Origin: Candidatus Eiseniibacteriota bacterium
Lineage (GTDB): Bacteria; Eisenbacteria; RBG-16-71-46
DNA: 64,000 nucleotides
Assembly (NCBI GenBank): GCA_041483195.1
Contig: JBGPFC010000002.1
Coordinates: 32,001 to 96,000 of the forward strand
Reading direction: 5' to 3'
Shown: positions 63,401 to 64,000 of the stretch, one piece after another
Numbering within the stretch: position 1 is the stretch's first letter
How the letters are laid out: every line of letters starts with the position of its first letter
Notes under the pieces: model-generated
The model's database searches: none
The model's input: the letters and a program-made list of their open reading frames with translations, nothing else
What the model was told of the DNA's origin: nothing
Position numbers and translations under genes: made by a program

Positions 63401-64000
63401 ATGAAACATCGTCTCGCGATCGGCGCGATCGCGCTCGGGTCCGCGCTGTGTTCCGCGCATGCCTCTGCGACCGGCGCGTGGAATACCTACATCCGCACCT
63501 ACAGCTACTCCGATCTACTCGCGGAAGGCGACACCGTCTGGTGCGCGACCGGCGAGGCGGGGCTGCTCCGTTTCCGTCCGTCGGACTCTTCGTTCGTCAC
63601 CATCGCCCGCGAGCCCAGCGGGCTCGCGAGCAATCACGTGTCGCGCATGGTGCGGGACCGCTCGGGCCGGCTCTGGGTCGGCACGCTCGGCGCGGGGGTG
63701 AGCCGGCTCTCCGCCGACGGCAAGACCTGGGACCTGGTCAATCGGTTCGACGGCCTGCCCTCGGACAGCGTCACGGCGCTCGCGGCCCTGAACGACACCG
63801 TGTTCATCGGAACGACCCGCGGGCTCGCGCTGTGGAACGGATCGTTCATCACGGGCGCCCTGCCGGATGGATTCAACCCTTCGCCGTTCGCGAGCGACTA
63901 CGTCACCGGGTTCGTCGCGTTCGGCGACACGCTCTGGGTGTCGACGACGCTCGGCGTCTATCGCAGTCACCTCTCGACGCGGCTGACCACGTGGACGCTC
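63401..64000 (+). CDS. Exported beta-propeller protein (Reg_prop/PorZ-like), partial
   Basis: Not in the ORF track. My translation: MKHRLAIGAIALGSALCSAHASATGAWNTYIRT...GDTVWCAT..GLASNHV..DRSGRLWVGT.GAGVS..GLPSDSV...; signal peptide plus propeller repeats, open to the window end. Confidence 0.75.
   Translation, partial: MKHRLAIGAIALGSALCSAHASATGAWNTYIRTYSYSDLLAEGDTVWCATGEAGLLRFRPSDSSFVTIAREPSGLASNHVSRMVRDRSGRLWVGTLGAGVSRLSADGKTWDLVNRFDGLPSDSVTALAALNDTVFIGTTRGLALWNGSFITGALPDGFNPSPFASDYVTGFVAFGDTLWVSTTLGVYRSHLSTRLTTWTL

Overview
Very GC-rich (roughly 70% by eye) chromosomal window from a diderm bacterium. The gene content is reminiscent of FCB-adjacent candidate phyla such as Ca. Eisenbacteria, but that placement is inference only. 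No mobile elements, CRISPR arrays or rRNA were seen. Contents in order: a proC/3-hydroxybutyryl-CoA dehydrogenase block; DinB, TonB-C, apgM and an outer-membrane barrel; tRNA-Leu-tig-clpP-clpX-lon followed by a class V aminotransferase, a serA-like dehydrogenase, a creatininase-family gene and a prolyl oligopeptidase; a purine-catabolism-type cluster (carbamate kinase, ygeW, ygeY, molybdenum hydroxylase, ssnA, shortened ygfK) divergent from two uncharacterised PLP enzymes, with back-to-back sigma54 promoters; an M1 aminopeptidase; purA; tRNA-Lys; an orphan anti-sigma; a divergent ychF; a stand-alone ~155-nt small transcript with a 17-nt complement to the 16S rRNA 3' end and a 14-codon ORF; an FMN riboswitch with the rib operon and nusB; and a >22 kb glycosylation locus with three GT-C-fold enzymes (one a DUF2723/TMEM260 homologue), two polyprenol-P sugar synthases, HddA/HddC, Wzx and AsnB. 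The best novelty candidates are the small RNA/peptide unit at 36.6-36.8 kb, the putative protein O-glycosylation system, and the variant purine-degradation pathway.
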